Assembly: GCA_903859365.1 (NCBI GenBank) | Contig: CAIOMD010000002.1 | Coordinates: forward strand, 17,931-81,930 | Length of the DNA: 64,000 nt | Origin: an uncultured Candidatus Saccharibacteria bacterium | Lineage (GTDB): Bacteria; Patescibacteriota; Saccharimonadia; Saccharimonadales; CAIOMD01 | Direction: 5' to 3' | Part shown: positions 52,115 to 60,518 of the stretch, one piece after another | Position numbering within the stretch: the first letter of the stretch is position 1 | How the letters are laid out: every line of letters starts with the position of its first letter | The notes under the pieces: generated by a model | What the model was told of the DNA's origin: nothing | Databases searched by the model: none | The model's input: the letters and a program-made list of their open reading frames with translations, nothing else | Made by a program: the position numbers and the translations under genes

Positions 52115-52458
52115 TTATCACTTCCAATAACACGAGCCGTGTAGCAGTAATCTACTTGTTTTTTAGACCACCTGTCGAAATATACTTCAGCTCTACCAAT
52201 CTCGCTTATTATCTCAATTTTACAACCCAGCTCTTCAATTATTTCACGATTTAACCCATTTCTAACATCTTCCACATTTTCAATACCACCTCCAGGCAAC
52301 ATATAATAATCGTGTTTGCTTACATGGATAAGTGCAACCCTACCGTCCTCGTCAAATACAATTGCGCGCGCTGCGTTGCGTGGCTTGAATGAATCGTAAT
52401 CAAAATCAGGTGCATTTGAATCAACATCCTTAGCCTTGAGTGATGCCAGTAATTTCAT
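52102..52458 (-). CDS. Nudix hydrolase (apparently truncated by frameshift)
   Basis: Nudix box GGGIENVEDVRNGLNREIIEELG (Gx5Ex7REx2EExG). Only 118 aa. Confidence 0.8.
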   Translation of the reverse strand: MKLLASLKAKDVDSNAPDFDYDSFKPRNAARAIVFDEDGRVALIHVSKHDYYMLPGGGIENVEDVRNGLNREIIEELGCKIEIISEIGRAEVYFDRWSKKQVDYCYTARVIGSDNDKT

Positions 52459-52472
52459 AGAGACATTATATC

Positions 52473-52676
52473 CTATCGCATCATTGAAACAGCGTGGTCA
52501 ACAACTTGTGCTGAACCAAATCTACCCAAAGGATAGCGATCTGCTAAGAACTCTTTTGTAATCAGGGCACCAACTAAATTGGCAATGGCTTCTTCTTTTA
52601 GGCTCGCCTTTTGTTTATTAGCAGGTGCTAGAAAGTATTCTGACAGTTGTTTTCTTACACTACTCGGACTCAACAT
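52473..52676 (-). CDS. hypothetical protein (67 aa)
   Basis: ORF 14 nt upstream of the Nudix gene. No recognisable motif. Confidence 0.45.
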   Translation of the reverse strand: MLSPSSVRKQLSEYFLAPANKQKASLKEEAIANLVGALITKEFLADRYPLGRFGSAQVVDHAVSMMR

Positions 52677-52863
52677 TATTTAATCCTTTAGATAAGAATA
52701 CACCTATAAATCTGTTATGGGTCCGTTCGATAATCATTTGATCCTCGTTCTATAGCTTTTCTAATTCTTCAATAACTTACGGTATTTGACTCGACACTAG
52801 TTATGCGGAACATATTGCTAAGATTTTGGTATTAAAATAGTATACTCAGCTTAAGGAGGTGTG

Positions 52864-53811
52864 ATGTCGAAATTTATTGATTATTATAAAATTCTGGACG
52901 TTGAAACGAATGCTACCCAAGATGAAATCAAAACGAGCTATCGGCATCTAGCAATAAAGTATCATCCTGACAGGGGAGGCGATACTAAAAAAATGTCTCA
53001 AATTAATGAAGCGTATTCTATATTGTCCAATGACAATCTTCGATTTAATTATGATGAAATTCATGACAGATTTTATAATACCTCGTCCCATCACACCGAA
53101 GATTACATAGATAAAACAAATGAATTAATTGCACTCCTCATAATAGCCAAAAAAGCAGCTCGGCAAGCTGCATTAAAAGGATTAGTATATCTAGTCATTG
53201 GCACAGCAATTACTGTTGGAGGGTACCTCGCTTCGTCCAATGGCGGGCATTATTTAATAGCATGGGGAGCAATTTTATTCGGTGGATATAGTTTCATCCG
53301 TGGTCTGCATTATTATTTCAACCCGAACCTTCTATTAAAAAAGTCGATGGGTCCTGAAAAATACAATAATTATTTCGGCTCTGAAAACCTAAGAACCTCC
53401 TACTGGGGAATTGTCATTTCTGTAGTTATTGTCTTAGTTTTATTAGGTATCATTGGTTCCGTTACTGGAGCTAGCGGATCTTCAACTAATGGCAGCTCTA
53501 CATCGGCGTCAAGCGGGGGTTCTCGATCTTTAACGAGTGACCAACAATCACTAAGTGATGAGGCAAACCGTCTTAAATCCGAATATGATACATGCACTAC
53601 CGATTTATCAAATCTGAAGAGTAAAGTCGATGAGTTAAATAGTCAGCTTAATGCTTATGATGCCGCTGGGAATACTTATGGATACAATAGTGTAATTCCA
53701 GAACAGAACTCAGCAGTAAATACGTTCAATCAGAAAAGGGAACAATGTTTATCAGCTCAATCAGCAGCAAATGACGCTGTAGATGCTTATAACAAATCAA
53801 TAAGCCCATAA
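52864..53811 (+). CDS. J-domain protein with two TM helices and Ser-rich/coiled-coil C-terminal region
   Basis: DYYKILDVETNATQDEIKTSYRHLAIKYHPDRGGD (HPD). AGGAGG lies 4 nt upstream of the ATG at 52864 (the track starts at GTG 52861). Confidence 0.8.
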   Translation: MSKFIDYYKILDVETNATQDEIKTSYRHLAIKYHPDRGGDTKKMSQINEAYSILSNDNLRFNYDEIHDRFYNTSSHHTEDYIDKTNELIALLIIAKKAARQAALKGLVYLVIGTAITVGGYLASSNGGHYLIAWGAILFGGYSFIRGLHYYFNPNLLLKKSMGPEKYNNYFGSENLRTSYWGIVISVVIVLVLLGIIGSVTGASGSSTNGSSTSASSGGSRSLTSDQQSLSDEANRLKSEYDTCTTDLSNLKSKVDELNSQLNAYDAAGNTYGYNSVIPEQNSAVNTFNQKREQCLSAQSAANDAVDAYNKSISP

Positions 53812-53825
53812 AGTGGCAACAAAAT

Positions 53826-54137
53826 CTATTTGGGGGATTTCGTTTCTGCAGTTAATGAAACTAGGAAGAATAAACCTAACCCAACGTCAAGGGTATGCCA
53901 AAGTTGCTTATCAAGGTATATCGGGAATATAGGATTGAATATTATGGCGGGGATAAGAAATGCGTAACTCAACATTTCTAAGTGGTTCTCTTTAAAGTAC
54001 CAGAAGGAATAGAGAGAAGCACCACATACCACTATTCGAAGAATCTGGTAATAAGAATACGGCCAGCTTCCAAGAGCTAGTAACAGCATTATTCCTGTCG
54101 TCAATCTTACTGCTATAGATAGTTTTTTATTCTCCAT
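53826..54137 (-). CDS. small polytopic membrane protein
   Basis: Hydrophobic ORF. I prefer the ATG at 54137 (MENKKLSIAV...) because the track's TTG start (54203) lies inside the terminator hairpin of tRNA-Asn. Confidence 0.5.
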   Translation of the reverse strand: MENKKLSIAVRLTTGIMLLLALGSWPYSYYQILRIVVCGASLYSFWYFKENHLEMLSYAFLIPAIIFNPIFPIYLDKQLWHTLDVGLGLFFLVSLTAETKSPK

Positions 54138-54184
54138 GAAGAGGTACTTAATCAATCTGGTACTTTCGAACTTGAAATTAGATG

Positions 54185-54217
54185 GAAAAAGGCTCGTTTT
54201 CAATCTGAACGAGCCTT
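54185..54217 (-). terminator. intrinsic terminator downstream of tRNA-Asn
   Basis: Minus strand AAGGCTCGTT-CAGATTGAA-AACGAGCCTT (10-bp stem) followed by TTTTCC. Confidence 0.55.
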
Positions 54218-54252
54218 TTCTTGCATTCTCTGTAGCTAATAAATCTCAATCT

Positions 54253-54327
54253 TGGCTCCGGGGACTGGATTCGAACCAGCGACCTAGTGGTTAACAGCCA
54301 CCCGCTCTACCGCTGAGCTACCCCGGA
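54253..54327 (-). tRNA. tRNA-Asn (anticodon GTT)
   Basis: Reverse complement TCCGGGGTAGCTCAGCGGTAGAGCGGGTGGCTGTTAACCACTAGGTCGCTGGTTCGAATCCAGTCCCCGGAGCCA. Cloverleaf with anticodon loop CTGTTAA, G73 discriminator, encoded CCA. Confidence 0.9.
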
Positions 54328-54453
54328 ATAAAGTTGGAAGGTACGTCAGTTTTTCACCGAATTACGAAAGCTGATTATAGAGATAAAACTCCTTGACGTC
54401 AATAAATCGCCACAAAAAGCAGACGAATTTGATGAAAATGCATATTTATTTAA

Positions 54454-54876
54454 TTATTTTTGGTATTTGGCTTTTCCAAATCCCAAATAGGTATATCCAA
54501 TTGGTGCAAACACAAGAAGTCCTAGCACTGCAAAAATAGTGCCTTTGCCAAACCTTTCGGCTGTGCCGAGCGATAAAAGAACGGCGGCATAGATATCGAG
54601 TAGCGGAACCATGAGCGCCAGCACCCACCATCCGCTCAGCCCTGCGATTTTAAACTGTATATAAGCACTATAAAAAGGAATTAATGCCTTCCACCCGCTC
54701 TGCCCTGCTTTTTCAAACATACGCCACTCTGCTGCGTACATTAAAAGTACTACAAATAGGGTAAATAGATAGATTGCAAGAACAGATGTTTTTGAAATTC
54801 CGCTACTAGGACCTCTGCTCGCAAAGTGCAAAAAACCACTCGTTAACAAACCTGCAGTTACTAGTTCTTTTTTCAT
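54454..54876 (-). CDS. small membrane protein (DUF5684-like)
   Basis: 140 aa. WRMFEKAGQSGWKALIPFYSAYIQFKIAG and a C-terminal LGFGKAKY resemble the DUF5684 family as I remember it. Confidence 0.55.
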   Translation of the reverse strand: MKKELVTAGLLTSGFLHFASRGPSSGISKTSVLAIYLFTLFVVLLMYAAEWRMFEKAGQSGWKALIPFYSAYIQFKIAGLSGWWVLALMVPLLDIYAAVLLSLGTAERFGKGTIFAVLGLLVFAPIGYTYLGFGKAKYQK

Positions 54877-54885
54877 GTATCCCTC

Positions 54886-55362
54886 CTATGATTCGTATTC
54901 GTTTTTAAGTTTATCTTTCAAAATCGCAAGTTTAGGTAAAAAACCCTGTGCCGCACCATCGATACCCAACACCCTCAGCGCTCCTACTAAAACGTACAGT
55001 CCATCTAGATCTTTTTTTGGTGGCTTGGCAAAATCTTCAATGTTTTTAAATTTCGCCTCGATAAGATCAATAAGCCATTTTTCCTCTGAGGCCTTAATCG
55101 CATTGATCGCCAAAGGCTTTGCGCTCACTTTGGTAACGACCTCCAGAGATCGAGCAGAATTATCCCTTTTTTCTAGATGGCCGCGCTTAATGAGATTACC
55201 GACATGTAGTGCCACTGTTGCAACAGAATTGTACCTACAGCCAGCCATTATCTCTCTATAGCTTGGACTGTAGCCATGCTCTTGGATAAAACCATCGATA
55301 AAAGTAAGTAATTCTTGCTGTTTTTTGGTTGGTCGAATTACTTGGCTTGGTTCATCAGACAT
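54886..55362 (-). CDS. LexA-like N-terminal DNA-binding domain protein without S24 peptidase domain
   Basis: TKKQQELLTFIDGFIQEHGYSPSYREIMAGCRYNSVATVALHVGNLIKRGHLEK matches the LexA wHTH domain. The C-terminal 90 aa have no Ser/Lys peptidase motifs. The start is set at the Met at 55362. Confidence 0.65.
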   Translation of the reverse strand: MSDEPSQVIRPTKKQQELLTFIDGFIQEHGYSPSYREIMAGCRYNSVATVALHVGNLIKRGHLEKRDNSARSLEVVTKVSAKPLAINAIKASEEKWLIDLIEAKFKNIEDFAKPPKKDLDGLYVLVGALRVLGIDGAAQGFLPKLAILKDKLKNEYES

Positions 55363-55777
55363 AATGACGAATCCTCCTCTGGCTAGATGTTTCTTTAAAT
55401 ATCCAGAATCTATAAAAGAAATAGTTCCAAACCGTGAAAAATGCGGCTGCAATAAACTGACCTATTGCTACCTTAATACCGAAGTGCACTAAGATACGAA
55501 GAATTATATAATTCAGCAGAAAGTTAAAAGCCGTAAATGCCACATATTTAGAGCTTACATCAGTCATTTTTCTGTTTTTTGAATCTTTAAATACCCATTT
55601 CCCCTGCAGTAAGAAATTAAGGCTTAACCCAACACTATTGCCAAGTAGATTTGCCCACCAGAGACCAATATGTGGAGTTGTTAAGACAATAATAAAGTAA
55701 CCACTCCAAAACCACGCTCCTCCAGTTACCATATATTCTGCGAATTGAATGAGTACTTTTTTCGATATTTTTGACAT
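55355..55777 (-). CDS. GtrA family membrane protein
   Basis: About 140 aa with 4 TM helices. LIQFAEYMVTGGAWFWSGY and FYRFWIFK resemble GtrA. The start is set at the Met at 55777. Confidence 0.7.
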   Translation of the reverse strand: MSKISKKVLIQFAEYMVTGGAWFWSGYFIIVLTTPHIGLWWANLLGNSVGLSLNFLLQGKWVFKDSKNRKMTDVSSKYVAFTAFNFLLNYIILRILVHFGIKVAIGQFIAAAFFTVWNYFFYRFWIFKETSSQRRIRHYV

Positions 55778-55803
55778 TTGTTTTGTTTTTAAATTGTTCT
55801 TAT

Positions 55804-57150
55804 TTACACTGTAGCATTCTTTGTGATTTTTGATATAGTCCTTTTGCTTATTAAAATTCCGGCAAGCCCCCATAGCAGCATGCTGAGCGTTTCATCTTCC
55901 CAGGCGGGAAGTAGCATCGCTACGATGCTAACGCCAATAAGTCCGGCCAGCAGCGCCTTTGCCACGTTATCGTCTTGGTCTTTCCATAGTTCATAGACGA
56001 GCATTACGCAGATAGTAACAAAGAGCAATCCTCCGATTATTCCCGTTTCCACCATGGTATCAAGAAAATAGTTTTCGACCGTAAGCCCTTTTGGCCCATA
56101 GGTTGATGGAACATTGGTAGTTCCGACACCAAGCCCTAAAGGATGCTTCTTTATAATAGCGATGGCATCTTTAATCGACTGAACGTGTTGTAGATTCGAT
56201 GTTGTTGCAGTTTTAACCGTTGGATCTTGATGAAATACTGTCACTTGTTCAAATCGAGTGTGACGACCAGCAATAAGCGCTAGCGAACCAACAACACCTA
56301 ACACCAAAGCAGTGATAATCATATCTTTTTTTATATTCTTATTTACTACTAAAAAGGTTGTTATAGCGAGACTAGCTGCACATGCCACAAAAGCTGAGCG
56401 CGACCCTGAACCGTACAGGGTAACTATCGACGCTATCCATACAATCACTGCAGCGTATCGATAGTTCACTTCTTTATTCCAGTATTTGAGTGTCAGAATG
56501 AGAAGAATCGGAAACCAAAATACCATATAAGCACCAAGCTCGTTAGGGCCTCGAAGCGTTGAAATAATGCGCACGAAGTACGTATTATTAGAAACCGTAT
56601 AGTACGGTAAAATCGTGTATTTACTGTATCCAATATGAGCGAGTAGATCCTTTGGAAGAACGGCTACCTGCAAAAATCCAAAAACCGTTACAATAATTCC
56701 ACCGACACAGATAAGCCAAAAAACCGCCTTCTCCACTAGTTCTTTATTACATAAACCGGCCATTACTTGGGCGAATAAAAAGAAAGCCAAAAAACGTGTA
56801 TTAAAAATAAAGCCGGCAGCTTCGGATCTCAGGCCATAATGACTCGTTCGAAACATAATTAAATTTATGGCAATAAATAGAAGTACCACGATATTAATTT
56901 TTTTCTTCACTATACTAAGGATTAATTGCGGCTTTTTAAAGGTAATCCAAAGAATGAGCGGAAAGGCTACTCCGTAGATAAGGATTTCTTTCCAAGATTT
57001 AAAAATATCTGCATGCCCAAAATTGCTTATTGCCCACGTGCTGAAAATTGCATGCACCGGAAGCAGGGCCACAACAAATAGAAATATACCAAGCAATAAA
57101 GTGTCGGGAGCGAGTTTCTTTTTTTTGAAGAGTTGTTTTATTTCTTGCAT
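55804..57150 (-). CDS. O-antigen ligase / polymerase-like (Wzy_C) membrane protein
   Basis: About 12 TM helices with a periplasmic loop (SGSRSAFVA, typical of the O-antigen ligase family). The start is set at the Met at 57150, just after the methyltransferase stop. Confidence 0.7.
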   Translation of the reverse strand: MQEIKQLFKKKKLAPDTLLLGIFLFVVALLPVHAIFSTWAISNFGHADIFKSWKEILIYGVAFPLILWITFKKPQLILSIVKKKINIVVLLFIAINLIMFRTSHYGLRSEAAGFIFNTRFLAFFLFAQVMAGLCNKELVEKAVFWLICVGGIIVTVFGFLQVAVLPKDLLAHIGYSKYTILPYYTVSNNTYFVRIISTLRGPNELGAYMVFWFPILLILTLKYWNKEVNYRYAAVIVWIASIVTLYGSGSRSAFVACAASLAITTFLVVNKNIKKDMIITALVLGVVGSLALIAGRHTRFEQVTVFHQDPTVKTATTSNLQHVQSIKDAIAIIKKHPLGLGVGTTNVPSTYGPKGLTVENYFLDTMVETGIIGGLLFVTICVMLVYELWKDQDDNVAKALLAGLIGVSIVAMLLPAWEDETLSMLLWGLAGILISKRTISKITKNATV

Positions 57151-57151
57151 A

Positions 57152-57964
57152 TTATCCTTTTTGTATATGACAGTTTTGGTTTTCGGCCACAAACTCGAGG
57201 CTTGCCGCACCAAGAGAAATAAACGGAATCATGCTGAGGATCGAGTCTAGTAAATCCATTTTTATAGGGTTTTTGTAATTGAACTTTTTCTTAGGAAGCA
57301 ACTGTCTTCTATATATAAGAAGTGGTTTTAAGCCAGTTCGTTTCAAAAGATACCTAACTTCCTGCTTTGAATACAAACGATCATGATAATTATCACCTAA
57401 GATTTTACTCAATTGATGAATGAAGCCAAGTTTGGCTGGTAAATTGAAGCAGAAAAGCAAACCATCGTCACGAAGCACCCGCTGTAATTCACCAAGTGAG
57501 ATCTGGTCATGTGGAACATGTTCAAGCACGCCGGCAGAGATTACAATGTCATAAGACTTGGACGAAACAGGAAGTTTCTCTTCTTTTTTTAGCACCACGT
57601 TTTTTGCCTTCATTTTTTTCCATAAAGATGTGTGCGGGTATCCCTCGATTTCAGCCAGTGAAATATTCTTAAAACCTTTTTTGTTTAAAAAATAGCTAAT
57701 TTGTCCTTTTCCAGCACCCCAGTCAAGTACCGAAACGTCTCTAGGATCTTTTTTTAACTTTTTTGTAACTACCTCGTAAATAAGGTCTGCCATGTATTGA
57801 TAGGTCAGCTGGCTGGCAGGATGCAACACAACTCCATAGTGTGCGGGATCAAGTTTAACCTCTTTGAGGTCATCATACTGACGCTTCTTTAAAAGCATCC
57901 TATTTTTCGTTCTTTGCATACCCTTCATTTCCAACCAATATACCATGGCTCTAAAGTGAAACAT
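57152..57964 (-). CDS. class I SAM-dependent methyltransferase
   Basis: Motif I VLDWGAGKGQISYFL and post-I/II motifs (DIVISAGVLEHV). Confidence 0.8.
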   Translation of the reverse strand: MFHFRAMVYWLEMKGMQRTKNRMLLKKRQYDDLKEVKLDPAHYGVVLHPASQLTYQYMADLIYEVVTKKLKKDPRDVSVLDWGAGKGQISYFLNKKGFKNISLAEIEGYPHTSLWKKMKAKNVVLKKEEKLPVSSKSYDIVISAGVLEHVPHDQISLGELQRVLRDDGLLFCFNLPAKLGFIHQLSKILGDNYHDRLYSKQEVRYLLKRTGLKPLLIYRRQLLPKKKFNYKNPIKMDLLDSILSMIPFISLGAASLEFVAENQNCHIQKG

Positions 57965-57986
57965 AATTTATACTAGAGGTACTATA

Positions 57987-59417
57987 ATGAAAAATAACTT
58001 TTCAGTCATCTATGCACTTGGACTCATTTTTGCAGATTTTCTAGCCCTGCTTGCAGCTTTTGGCCTCGCCTATATCTTTCGAGTGTCACTAGACGCACGG
58101 CCACTTATAAATAAGATTGGTGCTTACCAGTATCTTAAGATATGGTTTGCCCTTACCCCTATATGGATCCTCGTTTTTGCCTCACTTGGTCTGTACAGAA
58201 AATCTGTCTATGAATACCGAATAAAAGAATTTGCGGGACTTTTACTTGGCAGCGTCCTCGGCATTATGGTCGTCATAAGCTACGACTTTGCATCAAAAAC
58301 GACTATCTTCCCAGCACGTCTTGTACCTGTCTATGCGCTTGGTCTTAGTATTGCCCTACTTTTAGTTGAGCGAACTGCAATGCGTGGGCTTCGAACTACG
58401 CTTTGGCGCTGGGGCTATGGCATAAGTCGCGTGCTTGTTGTTGGTAACGGAAAGCCAGTCAATAACCTGATTAAAACAATGGATAATCCTAGAAAAACAG
58501 GGTACAAAATTATGGGTATTGTTTCTGAGAAGACTAACAGTCTTTTTAGCGGCGAACACTTTCCTTCAATTACTGAGGCCGCAAGTAAAATAAGCGCCCT
58601 TAAAATAACGAGTGTTATTTTTGTAGCCTCAGAAAGAAATACGCAGGAAGCAGAATATGCACTTGCCCTAGCTCAATCCAATCATCTTAGCTTTAAGTTC
58701 GTTCCCGCACATGAAGGAATTCTATCTAATAAAGTTGATGTAGAGCTATTTCAAGGCTTTCCCGTTGTCTCGATACATCAAACTGCCCTTCTTGGTTGGG
58801 GGCGTATTGCAAAAAGACTCTTCGACATCTTCTTCGCACTCATTATGCTCATCGTTTTATCCCCCATCTACTTGCTCATCGCACTCATCATATTCTTTAG
58901 TGACTTTGGAAATCCTTTTTTCAAACAAGATCGGCTGAGTCGTTTTAATGCAACCATTTCGATCTATAAGTTTAGAAGCATGAAGAAAAAATATTCTGGC
59001 CTTAGTCCCGAACAAGCTTTTGAGAAAATGGGCAAACCGGAGCTTGCTAAAAAATATCGAGAAAATGGCGATATGCTCAAGAACGATCCGAGAGTAACTT
59101 CAATTGGAAAAATACTTCGTATTACCAGCCTTGATGAATTACCGCAACTCTACAACATTCTTCGCGGCGACATCAGCCTTGTGGGCCCCAGAGCGCTTGT
59201 ACCGCAGGAGCTGGAGAACTATCCATACAAGAACCTCATATTGAGTGTTAAGTCTGGGCTGACGGGTCTTGCGCAAACTTCAGGACGACGTGATATTAGT
59301 TTTGAAGAACGTCGGGCGCTTGACCTTTATTATGTGCAAAACTGGAGCTTTTGGCTTGATCTAAAAATAATATTTAGAACCTTCAAAGACGTTCTTGGGG
59401 GCCGTGGTGCCCGATAA
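57987..59417 (+). CDS. polyprenyl-phosphate glycosyl-1-phosphate transferase (WbaP/EPS priming sugar transferase)
   Basis: 476 aa. N-terminal TM block and C-terminal bacterial sugar transferase domain (KRLFDIFFAL..., DELPQLYNILRGDISLVGPR). Confidence 0.85.
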   Translation: MKNNFSVIYALGLIFADFLALLAAFGLAYIFRVSLDARPLINKIGAYQYLKIWFALTPIWILVFASLGLYRKSVYEYRIKEFAGLLLGSVLGIMVVISYDFASKTTIFPARLVPVYALGLSIALLLVERTAMRGLRTTLWRWGYGISRVLVVGNGKPVNNLIKTMDNPRKTGYKIMGIVSEKTNSLFSGEHFPSITEAASKISALKITSVIFVASERNTQEAEYALALAQSNHLSFKFVPAHEGILSNKVDVELFQGFPVVSIHQTALLGWGRIAKRLFDIFFALIMLIVLSPIYLLIALIIFFSDFGNPFFKQDRLSRFNATISIYKFRSMKKKYSGLSPEQAFEKMGKPELAKKYRENGDMLKNDPRVTSIGKILRITSLDELPQLYNILRGDISLVGPRALVPQELENYPYKNLILSVKSGLTGLAQTSGRRDISFEERRALDLYYVQNWSFWLDLKIIFRTFKDVLGGRGAR

Positions 59418-60510
59418 AAAAATCGCCATTGTTTGCGATTGGCTAACAACAATTGGTGGAGCTGAAAAAGTTGTATTGGCGCTTCATAATCTTTATCCAG
59501 ATGCACCCATCTACACGAGCCAGTATGACCCTTCAAAAATTGATTGGTTCAAAGATGCCGATGTACGTACTACATGGCTACAGAAACTCCCGAAGAACTC
59601 TACCTTTCGTAAATTTCTACCGCTACTCAGAAGATTTGCCTTTGAAGGCCTCGATCTCACGCAGTACGATATCGTCATATCTTCCAGTGGCGCAGAAGCA
59701 AAATCAGTTAAAAAACTCAAAAAAGGTGCGATACACATTGCTTATTGTCATTCCCCCACTCATTATTATTGGCAACGATACGATGAATACATCAAAAACC
59801 CTGGGTTCGGACTATTAAACCCACTCGCAAGACTAGGCCTCCGTATTCTTGTAAAACCTATGCGCAAATGGGACTACAGCGTCGCTCAGCAGCCTGACAT
59901 CATGATCGCAAACTCATCGCACATACAGAAAAAGATCAAAGAATACTACGGCCGGGATTCCATCGTCATTTATCCTCCAGTTGATGTCGAACAATTTCAA
60001 AAAAATAATATAAACCAAAAAAGAGATGGGCTCGTTATCGTAGGACGACAGGTACCCTACAAACGGTTTGATCTTGCAATCAGTGCTGCAATAAAGCTTA
60101 ATAAAAAGCTGACCGTAATCGGAAATGGGCCTTTGCATAAAGATCTTTTAAGGCAAGCAGAAGGTCATAAAAATATATCTTTTAAAACTAATCTAAAGAC
60201 AAATGAAATCGCAGAGATATTAAGTAAATCTGAACTCTTCCTGTTTCCTGGTATCGAAGATTTTGGCATAGCTCCGGTTGAGGCACTGGCATCAGGCACT
60301 CCAGTAATCGCCTACAATGACGGCGGAGCCCTTGATTACATAAATAAAGACACTGGAATACTTTTTGAAAAACAAGCAACCCAGCGTCTAGTTGAGGCAA
60401 TTGAAAAAGGCCTAAGAATGGAATGGAATCACCAAAAAATATCTCAATTTAGTAATAACTTTTCGGTTATACTATTTGATGAAGCTTTCAGAAATTTGAT
60501 TAAAAGTTAG
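59395..60510 (+). CDS. glycosyltransferase family 4 (GT-B fold)
   Basis: EDFGIAPVEALASGTPVIA is the E-x7-E region typical of GT4/GT1 enzymes. Confidence 0.8.
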   Translation: MGAVVPDKKIAIVCDWLTTIGGAEKVVLALHNLYPDAPIYTSQYDPSKIDWFKDADVRTTWLQKLPKNSTFRKFLPLLRRFAFEGLDLTQYDIVISSSGAEAKSVKKLKKGAIHIAYCHSPTHYYWQRYDEYIKNPGFGLLNPLARLGLRILVKPMRKWDYSVAQQPDIMIANSSHIQKKIKEYYGRDSIVIYPPVDVEQFQKNNINQKRDGLVIVGRQVPYKRFDLAISAAIKLNKKLTVIGNGPLHKDLLRQAEGHKNISFKTNLKTNEIAEILSKSELFLFPGIEDFGIAPVEALASGTPVIAYNDGGALDYINKDTGILFEKQATQRLVEAIEKGLRMEWNHQKISQFSNNFSVILFDEAFRNLIKS

Positions 60511-60518
60511 GGGATCAT

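Larger units (their letters stand above)
47644..54252 (-). mobile_element. tRNA-Asn-anchored composite accessory island (four modules delimited by degenerate tRNA 3'-end copies; no recombinase seen)
   Basis: See findings: direct, same-orientation tRNA-Asn 3'-end-like segments at 50568-50595, 47862-47888, 51903-51931 and 48534-48562. Cargo is accessory-type (Fic x2, GNAT, pilin-like, Nudix, J-domain). The GNAT gene is visibly GC-richer. Confidence 0.45.

Noticed and set aside
51903-52130. 75-aa plus-strand ORF starting with TTG inside the 29-nt repeat
   Set aside because: It is antisense to the much more protein-like Nudix continuation frame, has an alternative start codon and no SD.
47644-54327. 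Search for an integrase, transposase or relaxase to explain the island
   Set aside because: None of the ORFs in or near the island, or anywhere in the 64 kb, shows tyrosine/serine recombinase, DDE or HUH motifs that I can recognise. The mobile-element call is therefore kept at low confidence.
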